A stretch of DNA of 64,000 nucleotides from the human T2T-CHM13v2.0 reference genome, Homo sapiens. The stretch's first letter is position 1; each line of letters starts with the position of its first letter. The notes beneath the pieces were generated by a model. The model was not told where the DNA came from. It saw only the letters and a program-made list of their open reading frames with translations, and searched no databases. The position numbers and the translations under genes are program-made. This document shows, in pieces, positions 26,087 to 42,084 of the stretch. The stretch is taken from assembly GCF_009914755.1 (NCBI RefSeq), contig NC_060925.1, one strand, 5' to 3'.

Positions 26087-26641
26087 AGAGGCATATTTAG
26101 GCTAAATATACAAGGATAAATTACCTAAATATTAGAGGTGTTCACAAGTGGAATAGACTGCTTAAAGAGGTGGTGAGATTTTTATTCTGAGGGGCAAACA
26201 GGCTGCGTGTTCTCTTTTGGGGATATTGTGCAGGGGGCTCAGGTAAATTGTGTATTTAAGGTGAGGGATCAGACTGTAATTAAATTATAACAGTTTATAA
26301 AACTTATAGCAGGATCAGGATTTGTGGCTCAGGATGTTGTGAAGGGGGCTCATGCTACTTATTGAATGAAAGAGGTCTTGGGTGCTTTTGAGCTTGTGTT
26401 AAGCGAGGAAAGACCTATTCTGATTCTGTGGCTTCTGAGTCCAGGCTCACAGGGCCACTCAATGCCTCTGATGCCTCCCACCACAACTTAACTCTCAGGA
26501 GGTTGACCTTTATTTTATAGGGAAGGCTGACGCCCTCACTGGGGAGGCCCTAACTCAACATGACATGATCTTCATTCCGTCTTCTTCGTCTTCCCCTTCC
26601 AGTCTCCAGGGACTCAGATTTTTATGCCCATCTAGAGTTAA

Positions 26642-27018
<377 letters not shown>

Positions 27019-27886
27019 CTTTTACTTCTATTTTTTTTTTTTAAGTTTTCACCTCCTCTCACCTTAAGTTACATTTATATCCTTTGTCTTAAAAATTCTT
27101 AGATTAATCCTACTCCTTAATGATTATTTCTTTCACTATCAGTTCCTTGATTATGCGGTCTCCACCCACATCCTATCTTCTCACTCCCTGCGTCTCCCTC
27201 TGTCATCTAGAATTTGTCTTCATTATTCCCCTGGAGCAGTTCTCTCCAGCTTCCACTCTGAGGCTGCCTTCCACTGTCGCAGATTGCTCCCAGTGTTGGT
27301 CTTTACATCCTCCCAAAGCCTGGCTCCCCTTCCCATTTCTGCCTCATATAGCCACCTCATGTGTTTAACACACTAAGTCCTGGTTTCTGTCTCTCAAACC
27401 ACTGTTCAGATTTATAATACCTTTTTCTTAATTTCCAACATTAGTCAAGACTCCTATTGTCTCCTATTAGGTCTGATGCAGCAGCCATCAGCCGCTCTAT
27501 GTTCTTCGCTCGGACTTACTTTATCCTGTTTGTGGCTGTCACAGGAATCTTCCTAAACCCCACTTCTATTTTTCTTCTTGGGACCTACAATGGCCCTCCA
27601 GTGCTACCATGTTAAGACTGAATTCCTCTGCCCCTTGGTTTTCCAGCTTCTGGATCTGGCTCTACCTGCCTCACCAATCTTCTCTATTCCTCCTGAATTT
27701 ACATTTTGCCCTGCTCTGCCAGTCCCTTCACAGCCTCCCCTCCTCCACAGCATCTGCTCCTTCTGTAACTTCCAGGGTTTATTTTCCTTACCATGGGAAT
27801 CCCAGTCGAATGCAGCTGCCTTTATGATGCCGTCCTCCACCACCCAGACTCCTCTTCCACGAACACCCCTTAAACTAGAAATGAGA

Positions 27887-28196
27887 TGCCAGATGCAGTG
27901 GCTCACACCTGTAATCCCAGCACTTTGGCAGGCCGAGGCAGGTGGATCACCACAGGACAGGAGCTCGAGACCAGCCTGGCCAGCATGGCAAAACCCCATC
28001 TCTACTAAAAATACAAAAATTAGCTGGGCATGGTGGCATGTGTCTGTAATCCCAGCTACTCAGGAGGCTGAGGCAGTAGAATCACTTGAACCCAGGAGGC
28101 AGTGGTTGCAGTGAGCCAAGATCACGCCACTGCACACCAGCCTGGGTGAAAGAGTGAGACTCTATCTCAAAAACACAAAAACAAAAACAGAAAAAA
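27887..28196 (+). mobile_element. AluS
   Basis: Full dimer; TSD AAACTAGAA(A/G)TGAG at 27872-27885 and 28194-28207. Confidence 0.93.
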
Positions 28197-30120
28197 CTAG
28201 AAGTGAGTACCATTGATTGTGTGATGAGTTACTTCCTGTTTCTTTTTAAAACTAGACGTTTAGTTTTTGTAAAGGCCATGTTTTATGCTTCTTTTGAGTC
28301 CCCACAACTTGCACAATAAACTTTTAGGAGCTGCTCAACAACCTCTGATTGATAACTTAATTTGTAATTTTCAGTTCTGATCCAAGTAGCATCCTAGAGA
28401 TTTGAATGTTTGCAGCCTTGGGAAATGGGGAGCAGGAGAAAAGGCTGAACTTGGATCGGAGGCCCTGGAGATGGGTTGATTCAGAAGGCCACTACTAAAG
28501 ATAAGGTCCAGGAGAACTGGGCAATATTAAATGCCAGAAGAGAGGGGATGGGCTCTTCCTCTCCAGAAACCTTCTGATCTAGAAAGAACAACCATTGTGT
28601 GGTGTTGCCTAGAGGGGATGGCAGCCTAACGGAAGCCTAGCTTTTCATCTTTTGAAGAAGATGAACTGAATATTCGAGGTGAGAGATAAGACCCTAATTA
28701 GCTGATGATGAACAGCCAAACTGTTGGCAGGATCTGCCTCTGAGACATGAGAATAGCGCACAGTCCAACTGTTCTGGCCTCCATAGGCCCAGAAGCAAGA
28801 CAGAGCTGGAACAGAGGGAGCAAGGGCCAGGCCCAAGCAAGGCAGATGAAAGCACAGGCGGATGAAGAGGAGGGAGGGAGGGGGTGCTGTAGGGAAGTTG
28901 GAGGGCTGGCTTCTTTTCCTGTAGGAGAAATCAGAATGGCTTTTCTACAGGCACAATTCTAATCTTAGAAGTGAATAGCGTCAGGTGATTTTTTAAATGA
29001 TTTAGTCCGGCATCTTGTTTAATATGCTCCATTTCAATGGCTATTTTATGCCCAAAGTGTGGCAAATTGGGCCTTTTGTTGGGGGCACTTCAGGCTGATC
29101 TCATTGCTGTTGGAAATGATCTCAGATGTGAGCATAATAAAGGAAAGCATGTCTTCTCTTTGGAGTATCTGGCTAAGAAGAGAAATAATTGAACAGATGC
29201 AGTAACTGGAAGGACAACACCTTAATGCTCTTCTTAATTTCAAGAGTCATAAAAATGTTGTTAAAATTATACACCAGCATTTAACCCTAGAATTGGTGTT
29301 AATGAAAGGGCCAATAATGCCAAGTATCAAACATTAGAATATTTGAAAAAGCAGGTTTTGTGAAATGTGTTATAATAGAACATGGGAAACAGATTGGCAA
29401 AGCCCAAGAAGCAGACTGGGTGTTATGTTCTGAAAAAACTACTAATGCAACCAAGCTTGATGGGATGGTTGTTCTGCTTGGTAGAAATGCTGTAAAAATC
29501 TACACAGAAAACCTGACTGTCTATGTGGTTCTTGCGGAGGAATGAAAAGAAACATGGCAAATGAGGAACAGGTAAGTGGCATTGTTTGCTCCTTGACTAG
29601 GTGTTAGCATGACTGCTGATGGACAGGGTGGGGTGTTAGGGGCATCTCAGAGAGGGGTGACATCTGTATGATTTGCACTAACTCAAAGATGGTTTTCCTG
29701 GATGTCATTGCATGGGAGATTTCTACCCAGACAGTAGATGATTCTGCTCTCACTGCATAAGAGCCCATAGTGACTAATCTAGACAAAGAAAACAATCCTT
29801 CTTCATCTTCACATTGCATCTTTTTTAAACCTTAAAAGTACAATCACTCCACTGATTTTTTTCTGACTACTCAGTGAAGTAGGGCAGGCATCCTTATTAT
29901 GATTTTCCAGATGATGAAACTGAAGTCCTGCAAAGTTGCTTTTAGGTGACTGGTCAGGGAGAGCTGGGACCAGTGCCAGTGGTTCCCAGTGGCATGGCCC
30001 TTCTTCTCCCTGGCCAGCAGCGAATGCTGGAACTCTGTGGGTGCTGCTGCTTCCTGAGGCAGCTTACGCCTAGAATCTGGGGGCTCTTGTCCCATGCCCA
30101 CTGTCCTTGGGGTCTGCTCA

Positions 30121-30384
<264 letters not shown>

Positions 30385-31021
30385 TTACAGGGAAGAGGAG
30401 GGGACTCCAGATTGCTTTTGCTCTTGGTGCTTCACAGGTTGTTATCAAATGGACCCTGCCAGACTGAATTTCTTCCTGCAAAGAGGACAGTCCAGGTCTG
30501 CTGATGGGTTTCCAACACAGGAAACTCAGGGGTTCTAATACCTCCTCTTGACCCAGTAACTGACAAGCCCTGAGCCTCAGGATTCCTGGCCCTGTCCCCT
30601 CTCACCTCCTCTGCCAAACCATGGTACTAGAAGAAAATTACAAGAGGTATTACATGGATGTGAGCCCTTGGGCATGAGTGATCGAAAGCAAGAGGTGAAA
30701 ACATTGATTAGAGGAGTTCAGAGCATCTGGAACATCTTAACATCTCCTAGTAGCATGTAGGAAGGGCTCTGTCGAACTTTCCTTACACTGCCTCTCCTGC
30801 CTTCAGCCTAGGCTTCCTGGGGCTCCATAGCCAGGTCATAGAATATTATTCTCTGCCTCCTGACTCCAGTCCCTTTCTCTCTAATCTGCCTGCTACATTT
30901 GCACTGCTACCTTTCCACTGGCCTTTTCAGCCAGTTACCCTCATTCATCTGCTTCTTCCTTTGCCTCTAAACTTCCCAGGCCTTGGTCTAATATATTCTT
31001 TTAAGGTGCAAACCTTTGTAA

Positions 31022-31625
<604 letters not shown>

Positions 31626-32084
31626 GATATTTTCTTATATACATTTTCTTGCCTGCTTGTCATGATTAGCCATGCCCTGGGACTCTCCAATTTTGATCTA
31701 CCTGCCCAAACTTTGAACCATTCATCTTGTGTTGCTGGTAATTTCTCTGAGTCCTAATTTTTATCTGCTTACTGAACTAGAGTCCCCTTGCTTTGCTGTG
31801 ACATCTGATCTCTACTTGAGTATGCCGTGATTTAGAATCAAACAATTGCAGAGACTGAAGGGAATTTAGTGGTTACTCAGGCCAGTGTCTGTTTTGCGGA
31901 AGAGGAAGCTAAAGTCCAAGAGAGGTGAAATGATTGGCTGAAGGTCATCCAGATCTTTTGGCTTTCCTGTCCCATTTGAGACTTAGAGCTTTACCTTGAT
32001 TATAAGTCAAAGGCTGTTTGACTGCTGTTTGCTGTTGACTGAGTTGCTGACCCACAACTCACCCTAGACTTGTGCTTGTGCAGA

Positions 32085-32535
32085 TGTAGTAGATGCTGAT
32101 GTTGTTCTGCTGGGATGTCTTTAATTGGCAGATAGATCCATCCCCCAGGCTGCTACAAGTGTTGGCTGTTAGCAACTTGCAGCTGCCTTCTTCTTGGAAA
32201 ATTGCCCTTGAGCAAATGGGAGTCACTTCATCCTGGAAGCTAAGCTCTCTCCCACCATGCCTTGGAGCAGACCTCCATCAGTGACTGATGTGGAGGGGTT
32301 CAAAAGCTTGGCCTCCTTGCCTAAGTGGTGACCAGCTCTGAGGAGCAATTCATGCTCCCAAGCTTCCTTAGGGATCACACTGAAGTGAGTCTCCAGCCAA
32401 AACCACATTTTTGCAGTTTTCTCTGCCCTATTTTTGTTCCCCCATTCCCTTCTCCCCAGTGAAGTCCCCCAGTAAGTCACTTGAACAAGAATCCCTGTTT
32501 TGATCTCTGCTTCTAGAGAACCCCATATAGTACAT
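32085..32535 (+). mobile_element. LTR16-like ERVL LTR
   Basis: TGTAGTAGATGCTG start; CTCTGCTTCTAGAGAACCC end. Confidence 0.6.
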
Positions 32536-33629
32536 AAACTATGGGTCACAGTGTTATCCCCAACTTGAGTATTGCTTCCAAACTACACCACACCAGGCCT
32601 AGCATCTTCAAGAGCCCTCCCTGTCTCCCTCTTACCTACATCATCAAGTAAAGACTTCTCTTTCTGATTTTTAAGTTCCCTACTGTGCCTCTATTCAACC
32701 CACTCACCTCATTGTTTTCTTTCCCTCACTGGGATTGGGTTTCCTCCCTGGCCTAAGTTTGCAGTTGTCAGGAGAATTCCTGCCTTCCCTCCTTTTCATC
32801 CCTTTCCTTCCTCCATTCTTCTGACTGACTCATCCCTCAATGCCTTCTCCAGGAAGCTGGTCTCTTCCTTCTTTGAATATCTGTGGCCTTCTTTTCAGTG
32901 ACTCTTAGGTTAGAACAGTGTTACCCAGTGTGGATGGCATCTCTGATGACATGAGATATATAAGGCACTAAATAACCTTGAATAATAGGAAGAAAGGTAT
33001 TTCCAAATTTAATCTCAGTCTTTTGTAATAGAAGAAGGAGATACCTTAACCCTGATCCTAACCTTCACTCACAGTCTCAGTTTTGTTCTAGTGTTTTAGT
33101 GGTTTGTTTAGCATGAAAAGCATGAAACACTTCCTAATCTCCATTTTTAATACCACCACCACTGCCAGCAACAACAGGCTTGGAGTCCCTGTATTTAACT
33201 CTCATTTAGTACTATTAATATAGTTTCTTTTAATTGCATTTATTTTTGAGGTTTTCTTTTTTATTTATGGCACATGATAACTAGCTTTCTATTTTTGGCA
33301 ATGCTATAACATTTCTTTTAAAAATAGATTTAATTAAAGAGTAATTATAGAAATTTTAAGTGCATGATAGTTTATGTATTTCAGAAAATATGACACAAAT
33401 TGTGAAAATGGTATACAGCAGCTCAGCTTTGGGAAACGTGAGTCCTGTCTGCTTATGGATGTATCGATTCATGGGTATTACACTTGTCTCCCAAGTTGCT
33501 TGCTGATGCTTTCAAGGTAAGAATATTTTTCAATTTGTTTGACTTTTATGTCAATGTTTTTGTATGGCATTTACCTTACATTTTTATTGTCTATATCAGC
33601 AAACACAAATCTGTGGATTTAATATGCAT

Positions 33630-35070
33630 TCCATTAATTCTTATCATTGATTGATTTATTGATTATCTACATTTTAGGTACCTACTATCTCTCAGGCACT
33701 GTCATAGGTACATAGGTAATGGGGTTAGAAGATAAATATGAGGTGGTCCCAGCCCTCAATGAAGCTCACATAGCAGAGACAGACAGGAAGTAAAATGGAC
33801 ACTATGATCTGTGCCACAAAAGAAGGAGTGGCCACTTCTCCCACAGGCAATAGGGGAGAAAACTGGTGAGGACTGGCTCTGTGGAGGAGAAGGTGCTTAG
33901 CTGTGTCTCTGAATATACACAGATGGCACTCACCACACAAGGAATGTGGGGAAAGGAGGACAGTTGGCTAGGAGTGCTCCTGGCAGAGGAAGCATCGGGG
34001 GTTTTGCATGTGTGGAGTTTGGTGTTGGAGAGGAGTCGGGGGAAGAGCAGGTGAGGTACTTAGGGTGTAGAGGAGTCTTCAGAGGCTGGTGAGAGAGGGC
34101 CTGTACTTTGGCTAAGGCATTGGGCCTTCTCCTGGTGGTAATGTGGAGTCATTGAAAAGTTTTACAAAGGGGATTAGCCATCGCCCATATTTGGGGTATG
34201 AGGAAGATCATTATAGTGGTCATGAACCAACCTTTGCAAAGATCATGACAGTGAGAGAAATCTAACATGGCTGATTCCTTGCTTCTGGCCTCACTGGCTG
34301 GCTGCCCTCCTCACTCATTTCTGGGCATAGGCCAAGCTAACCATGGGAGGAATTTAGTTTATAGTTTAATTTTAAAGCAAGGATGATAATAGTCCTCCCT
34401 GAAACTGCTCCCCTCCTTTTTCAGGGACTGAAACTACCTTTGCAAGACTAACGAAAGGCCAAGAGATTAGGATTACGGAGGGATTTGAGTTCTGCTAAAA
34501 TGTAGGCATAGTTTCTATAATTCCTTACTGCTCAGGGTCATGTGGCCAGAGATTTGTGACTTTCCTAGTTGCTCCTATAGATAACAGCACTATTGCAGAT
34601 TGGTCTTTTGAGATGTTTTTCAGACTTTTGCATTCAGGCAACGAAGTGACCCCACCTGGACCAGTGACACATGACTCAACTGGGCCTGCAGCCCCCACCC
34701 AGATGCAGACTCAGGGCACGAGGACCATTTTCCACACTCCTATGATTTTATCCCCAACCAATTGGCAGCACCCATTCCCTAGCCCCCTGCCCACCAAATT
34801 ATCCATAAAAACCCTAGCTTCTGAGTTTTTGGAGAGATTGATTTGAGTAATAACTCCAGTCCTTCCACTTGGTGGCCTTGTGTTAATTAAACTCTTTCTT
34901 TATTGCAATAATGCTGTCTCAGAGAATTGGGTTTATCTGTGCAAAAGACAAGAAGAACCTGTTGGGTGATTATAGCCATGTGGACAATGGGGTGGTCCTA
35001 GAGGCAGAGAGGCCGGTAAGAAGCTTGTTATCTAGGCACCCAGGAGAAGAAGATGAGATGAGATAGTGGC
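33630..35070 (-). mobile_element. L2 fragment interrupted by an LTR8-like element
   Basis: CATTGATTGATTTATTGA...CAGGCACTGTCATAGG end motif with purine-rich body. Confidence 0.6.
34223..34974 (+). mobile_element. LTR8-family ERV1 solo LTR
   Basis: TGAACCAACCTTTGCAAAGATCATGACAGTGAGAGAAATCT ... GAAGAACCTGTTGGGTGATTATA; TSD GTCA/GCCA. Confidence 0.82.
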
Positions 35071-35663
35071 AGGGAAGACAGAGAGGAGACCACAAATATG
35101 GAACTTGATAATCTTTTCCTCTACCTCCCTTTATCCATCACTATGAAAATCTAACTAAGAGGGGGACACAGGTCATAATAAATGGACCACTTTCCAGAAC
35201 TTGGCACCACCACCATCTGCCTGGCTTGGATGTGTGTTTACCATCTCACGCCAGTTTGGTTCTCGATCTATATTTCCTGCCGGTGTCAGACTTCTAGGAA
35301 ATTGCCAGTCACCTCTAATGCCACTTTCATTTTTTCCCTTTTCTTTCCCAGGTCAGGTAATAACATTCTCCAAGGAACTAAGCGGAGTGGCTGTCCTCAT
35401 TTCTCCCCTGACCTGCAGGCTGGCTGGCTGGTTGCCTTGCTTCTGGGAGATGGCCAGGCAGCCTGTTGCTCCCTGTGCCCCTCACCGACCAGGCAGCTCA
35501 CTCCCTTTGTGGCAGCCTCATGTCAAAACCCATCAGAATAAGAGACTATTAATGAGGATGGGAAGAGACAGAGAAAAGAGGGAAACACCACAGTAAGATA
35601 AAAACAGATCAATAGTGAAGCTAAACAGAGCAAGAGGTTCTGAAAGCAATTCAGGAGCTGTTA

Positions 35664-35870
<207 letters not shown>

Positions 35871-36946
35871 CTATGAAGGAAATAAAAAAACAAAAAACAA
35901 ACAAACAAAAAAACAAAACCCAAAGAGATGCTAAGGAAAATAAACTGTGATAAGTAAAATTGATATAACTGGGTTTTATATCTGCAATGACAAAGATGTC
36001 CAAAGAAGGAACATTTCAGAGCAGAGCTCAGTATTTACACAGCAGTTTTTGTAGGAGACACTCAGAGCATTTCTCTTGAAGTGTAGAGGCCCCTGATGAA
36101 TAGGCTCCAGTGTGATGTTGACACTAATTTGCACCCCTGCAATGTAGAAAGGACTCAGGATACATATCAAGCCCTAAACATCAGGGGAAATAGGCTTGGC
36201 TCTCAAACGAATCTTTTGCACTACAGAGTGCAGTAGAAAGCATTTCTCACCAAAAGAACAGGACCAACTTCAAATCAGCTAGTAACTGTCATCGTCCTAT
36301 TGCAGGCAAAGCAATATTGCATATCATTCACTTTCTGAGCTGTTTAAGTGCTTATTTTATTTAGCCTCCAATATATCAGCCTTGGCTTCAATTTCCAGTT
36401 ATGCTTTAAGAAGGAGGCACACATATGTCAGAAACATAAAAGAAAATGTCTCCCAAGAGTAGCTGTTATGAGCACATCACCATTCAAAACCTACCCATTT
36501 TGCACCAGGAAACATCCAGCACTGTTAGCAGAGCGAGAGAGGGCATCCAAAGAAGGGCGGAGGGGCTGGTTTTCCATCCTAAAGCGATCCAGCTAATGTT
36601 GGGCTGCTTTAGGGCCAAGTGGTGGGAACTCCCGGCTGCTCCGACCGGCTTGCATTAAGGAGGCTGCCCTTATTTTCCCTCACTCTGTATTGCCCTATCA
36701 GGCATGGGAGGAGGGTGGTGACAGGAAACAGTGTCTCTCTTTTCCTGACCACTGGTGCTCCCTGAAGGCTGTGTCAGCTCTGGGGAAGAACCAGGGAGAC
36801 CCCAGGAAGAATGGGGAAGGGGAGCCAGCTATCCATGTTTGGGGCCTCATCTGCTTTCCCAACTGCAATCCTCAATTGGAGGCTTCTGATCATCTCTCTG
36901 TGGTGGTGATCACCTCCTCATAGAGAAATAGTTTTCCTCAACTGCC

Positions 36947-37271
<325 letters not shown>

Positions 37272-37350
37272 TAGAGATGCATTTCTCAGCAGGCAAGATC
37301 CTTGGGCCCAACAGAGCCGCGACTGCCTTTCCCCAGCACTCTCCTGCTTA

Positions 37351-37863
<513 letters not shown>

Positions 37864-40617
37864 TCAACGGAGCTCAAGGTGTGGGTGTGGGGACTTGGCA
37901 TCATCTTGGATTTCCCTTCCACAACTGTTGTTAGACTTATCAGACAACATACAATTTCATGGGATCTGAGAACTAAAGGTCTGTGTTCATGGTCTAGCTC
38001 CACCAGTTACCTATTTATTTGACTTTAAGTAAATCAGTTGGGCGTCAGTTTTCTTATCAGTAAAATGGGGATAATAAAAGTCTCCCCCTTGAAGGGCAAA
38101 GATGTGTTAATGCAGGTAGTGATTGGTTACTCAGGCAATGATTACAGATGCATGGGCCAAAATAAATCACTGCAGACTCCACCTTTCAAAAGAATGAGAG
38201 GCATCTGAGCAAAGCTTTCTGTCATCTTTACAGTAGCCATTAAGGAATGCCCAAACAAGCTCGGCATTAGCAAGAAGATGAATTATCTATTCCTTGTACA
38301 AAATACATCCTGATTGGACTAAACAATCAAGTAGCCATGTTTTACAGTTCAGTTTAAGTTTAAGGAGAGGGCAGGGGAAGTAAATTGCAGCTCATCTTTC
38401 AGAGACAACAGCCCAATTTGTAGAACAATATCTAATTAGCTGAAAGAGGAGCTTAAATCCTGTGTCTTGAAGAGCTTAGCTTCAGGGCAAATTTTAATGC
38501 TGAGCAGGCAAGCCAAGAAGCAGAAAGCCCACCGGAGGAGCTTTTCTGAACTGCAGGAGCTGCTAGAGCAAGCTAAAGGCAGAGCTTGCTGTGTGGGAAA
38601 GGGTGGTTTGGGTGCTCTGTAAATAGTATGATCTTCTGGGTTGATGAAGAGCATGCTGCGATTGATCTAGTTCTGCATCCTTGAACTGTTGCAGTCAGGA
38701 AGAGAGGCTGGGGAGGGACCGCACGTGTCAGTTACTGCAGTATACCCTAGTGGCAGAACCGGTGCACTACAGGTGTGACACAGGGCCCGCTGGTGGGTCA
38801 GAGTAAGTGACAGCACCTACCCAAGGATGGCAACATAGCAACCTCACCGAAAACCCTGAGCACCTAAGACCCCATCATAGATCACCAGTGAAGCCTCCTG
38901 TGTCAGGAAGAGGTGGTTAGAGTCGGTTTATGGAAGGCCCCCCTGGAGATGTGTTAACTGCCCCCGCACCAGGACTGCCCTTCAACTTGCTGCCACACAC
39001 CCGTCGAGGGCGCACTGGCCTAACGTAGTTTAGAACAAAGGCATTGCCTACTGCAGGCATGGTTATACCAGGGAATGACAATAAATTTCTATAGAACCTA
39101 TCCTTTACCAAGTGTTTTTATTTCCATTTAATTCTTGCAAGAAACTTGAGAGGACAGCAGATTGGTATAGATATACTTATTTTACAGAGAAGGAAACTGC
39201 ACTCAGAAAGATTACATGACTCAGATTGCTGGAACTCATATTTTCAGATGGCTTAAGTGCTGTTTGCACTCTACTAAAGCAGGAAATATAATGCATGATT
39301 GAATTTACTGAAGATAGAAATCTATGCATACAGCAAAGGATTAATTAATACCTGCATTTATCTTACAAGCAAAAAAACCCCAAAGATTAAAGATCTCAAA
39401 AATTTCTATGTTCAAATCAAATATCCATACCCTCTCAAACTGATTTCCTTAATAGCTGCAGAAAAGCTAACTGTCATCTGCAGAGTGTCCTAGAACTCTT
39501 CATAGTTCCTGATCCCACCTACCCCTAGAGGCTACAGTTACATTTCAGGAGACAGGTGTGAGCTGTCTCTGTCTCCTTCCCTGCTGATTTGGGAGCACTG
39601 CTATTATCTCCTCATTCTTGACCTGGCCTCTGGAACAACCAGCCTGTCTGCTTTTCTTTCTCCCCTTTCATCTCACTGTTTGAGTTTCTCATTTTAGAAG
39701 ATCAGCAATTAGTGCCCTTGGTCTTTAGCTTACTCCTAAGGTATGCACTAATAGCCCCTTTTCCTGAAGAAAGGTTTCTTCATGCAATAAACTCAGCTTC
39801 TTGAAGGAGCCAGAACCCCAAATTTCTTTCCAATATCCAATGTATCCCCAACAAAACATCTCCCCACAAATCTCAAAATGACAGTCTCATACAAATACAC
39901 ATATAAATCTAAACATCAGAATGGGGAAACAAACGATCTCATGCAGGCTTCTTCATATTGATAATGTAGATTGATTTAATATTTATATTACAGATACTTT
40001 TTAAAGGCTCAAACATATTAGTTGCTTTAAAGCTAGACCTACAGACAAATACAGTAAACTGAGATGACTTAGACAAGGGGAGTTTTGAATACCTGAATGG
40101 CTATCATATAAAATAGTGATTCATTTTTTAAAGTTAGAAAAATAAGAATAAAATTATCTTAAGAAAAAAGTGTTTTCTAAGGGGTGCCAAACACTGGATG
40201 GGATAAACGTCCCAGATTACACCCTGGGAGAGGAAGGACCATGCTTTCTTCCTTCCAGGCCGGCAATGAGCTGGTTGGTGGGGTGGCGGGGGGCGGGTAC
40301 TCCCCAGATGTGCATGAGGCAATGATGCATCGTTGCTGGGTGCGCTTGCCTTCCCTTTGACAAATTGCAAGGCCATTTGGTTGTTTATAGATTCCATTTG
40401 CTGTGATTTAGTCTGTGGCATTAATGTAAAGACAACAAGCATTTTGCTCACACAGACTATCAAGAGCAGCAACCTGGGATTTTCACATCTTCGGAACTTG
40501 GAGAAGACCTCACATTTACAGCAAAACCATTCCTTTTCAACCTGCTTCAGCCTGCAACTCTAGTCCTTGTCCAAAATATTATTCCTTTTTTTGCAGACAA
40601 GAGAAGGCAGAGGCTCA

Positions 40618-40755
40618 CTAATGGTTCTCAGACTGGGACCTTATTAAAATTCAGATTCCTGGTTTCCATAGCAGATTCACTGAATCAGAATATCAGGGGA
40701 TGGCGCAGGGAATCAGTGTTTTACTGAAGCTTCTCAGACAAGTCTGAAGACCAGC
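40618..40755. mobile_element. MER5-like hAT element
   Basis: TGGTTCTCA...CAGATTCCTGG...ACTGAATCAGAAT. Confidence 0.6.
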
Positions 40756-42084
40756 TAGATTTGAACCTTCTCTTTGTCTGGCACATTTTCCTCTTCTCTA
40801 GAGGCCAAGAAGTGGAATTGGTAAACTAAGCAATGCCTCAGAGGAGCCCTGTGGTCTGTGTTCTCTGCCCAGATCCTTGTGGCTGTGTGGATGAATACTG
40901 TAGATTGAATGTCTGTCTCTCTCTCCCACTTGCCCCCTTTCCTCCTCTTTCCCTCTCCCCCTCTTTCCCTTTCCCAGTAGGTATGTCTTGAGTGGGCTGG
41001 TTCCAAGAATTGGATTGAGTGCGATAGGAAGGAGAGGGGATAAGAGATTGCATTTAGCCTGGAGTCTAAGCTTTGTGTCCTAGTATTTATTGTTTTGTTC
41101 TGCTTTGGGGGTTATTGGACTTTGCTTAGCTAATAATAAAGAACACACTGGTTCCTGTTCTGCTGTATTCAATGTGAACGTACTGGGGCTTTATACATTT
41201 TAGGAGACTGTCAGGGCAAATTTCAGGCCCTCCTAGCTCTCTGGATGTCACACCATTTAATATTATCAGAAACTCGCCTCTGACCCCAACATATATCAGC
41301 TCAGTAATTTTTCCCAAAGCAAAATCTTAAGACCAAGAGCAAAACTGGAAGGTTTTTCTTCCTTTTGGTGCAATAACTGGAGCCTAGACCGATGGAGAAT
41401 CTTTTAATTTTTATTTTTTTTAGCACAGGCTGTGGTGATTACTAAGTTAAGAGAAAAGCCACAACAAGTGCTTGGTACACTGAAATGTCTCATAGTTAAG
41501 TGTTTCTAGATGTAATTGTGAGATCAACGGGACCATGGCGTTCACCAGAAGAATTGCTCTGAAATTGGTTTGTTTTGGGAAGTGGAGGCTGAATGCTGAG
41601 TGGAGTGGAGCAAGCTACATGACACGCAGTGCAGTCAGGGGACCACCACTGCTGGGACAGACTTTCTCTGTCCTGGCCCTGCTCTTTACTTGTTTTGGAT
41701 TCTTGGGTGTTCCTTTAAAATGATCAGCTTTAATGGCCCTGGCAAGTGTCTGTCCACTTTTCTGGCCTCAGCATCAGGACTGAAGCCACAATGTCAGCAT
41801 TTGTCTCTGAAAACAGCCTCAGCAGGTTTCTCTGTAAGCGCAGAACACAGTGTTGCGCCATAGAAGTGCAGGCGGCCACCTCTGGTTATCAACACTTAGA
41901 TTTGCTTTTTCCCAGAAGCTTGTTTGTGGTTGACTCTCCCTTGTTAGAATCAATGGCGCACATCTGCAGAGTAGCTGGCTAGACTGTCAGGGGCAGCCTA
42001 AGTCTGCCAACAGGGCAAGGTTACCTGCTCAGCCCACATGGGGTGAGCCACTTGGCTTTCTCACAGCGTCTTCCAGTATATTTA

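Noticed and set aside
27578-28114. 178 aa ORF, and similar Alu-derived ORFs elsewhere
   Set aside because: C-terminal part is Alu translation.
32916-33440. Possible hAT DNA transposon with CAGTGTT.CCCA-like ends
   Set aside because: Terminal repeats too degenerate to assign a family by eye.
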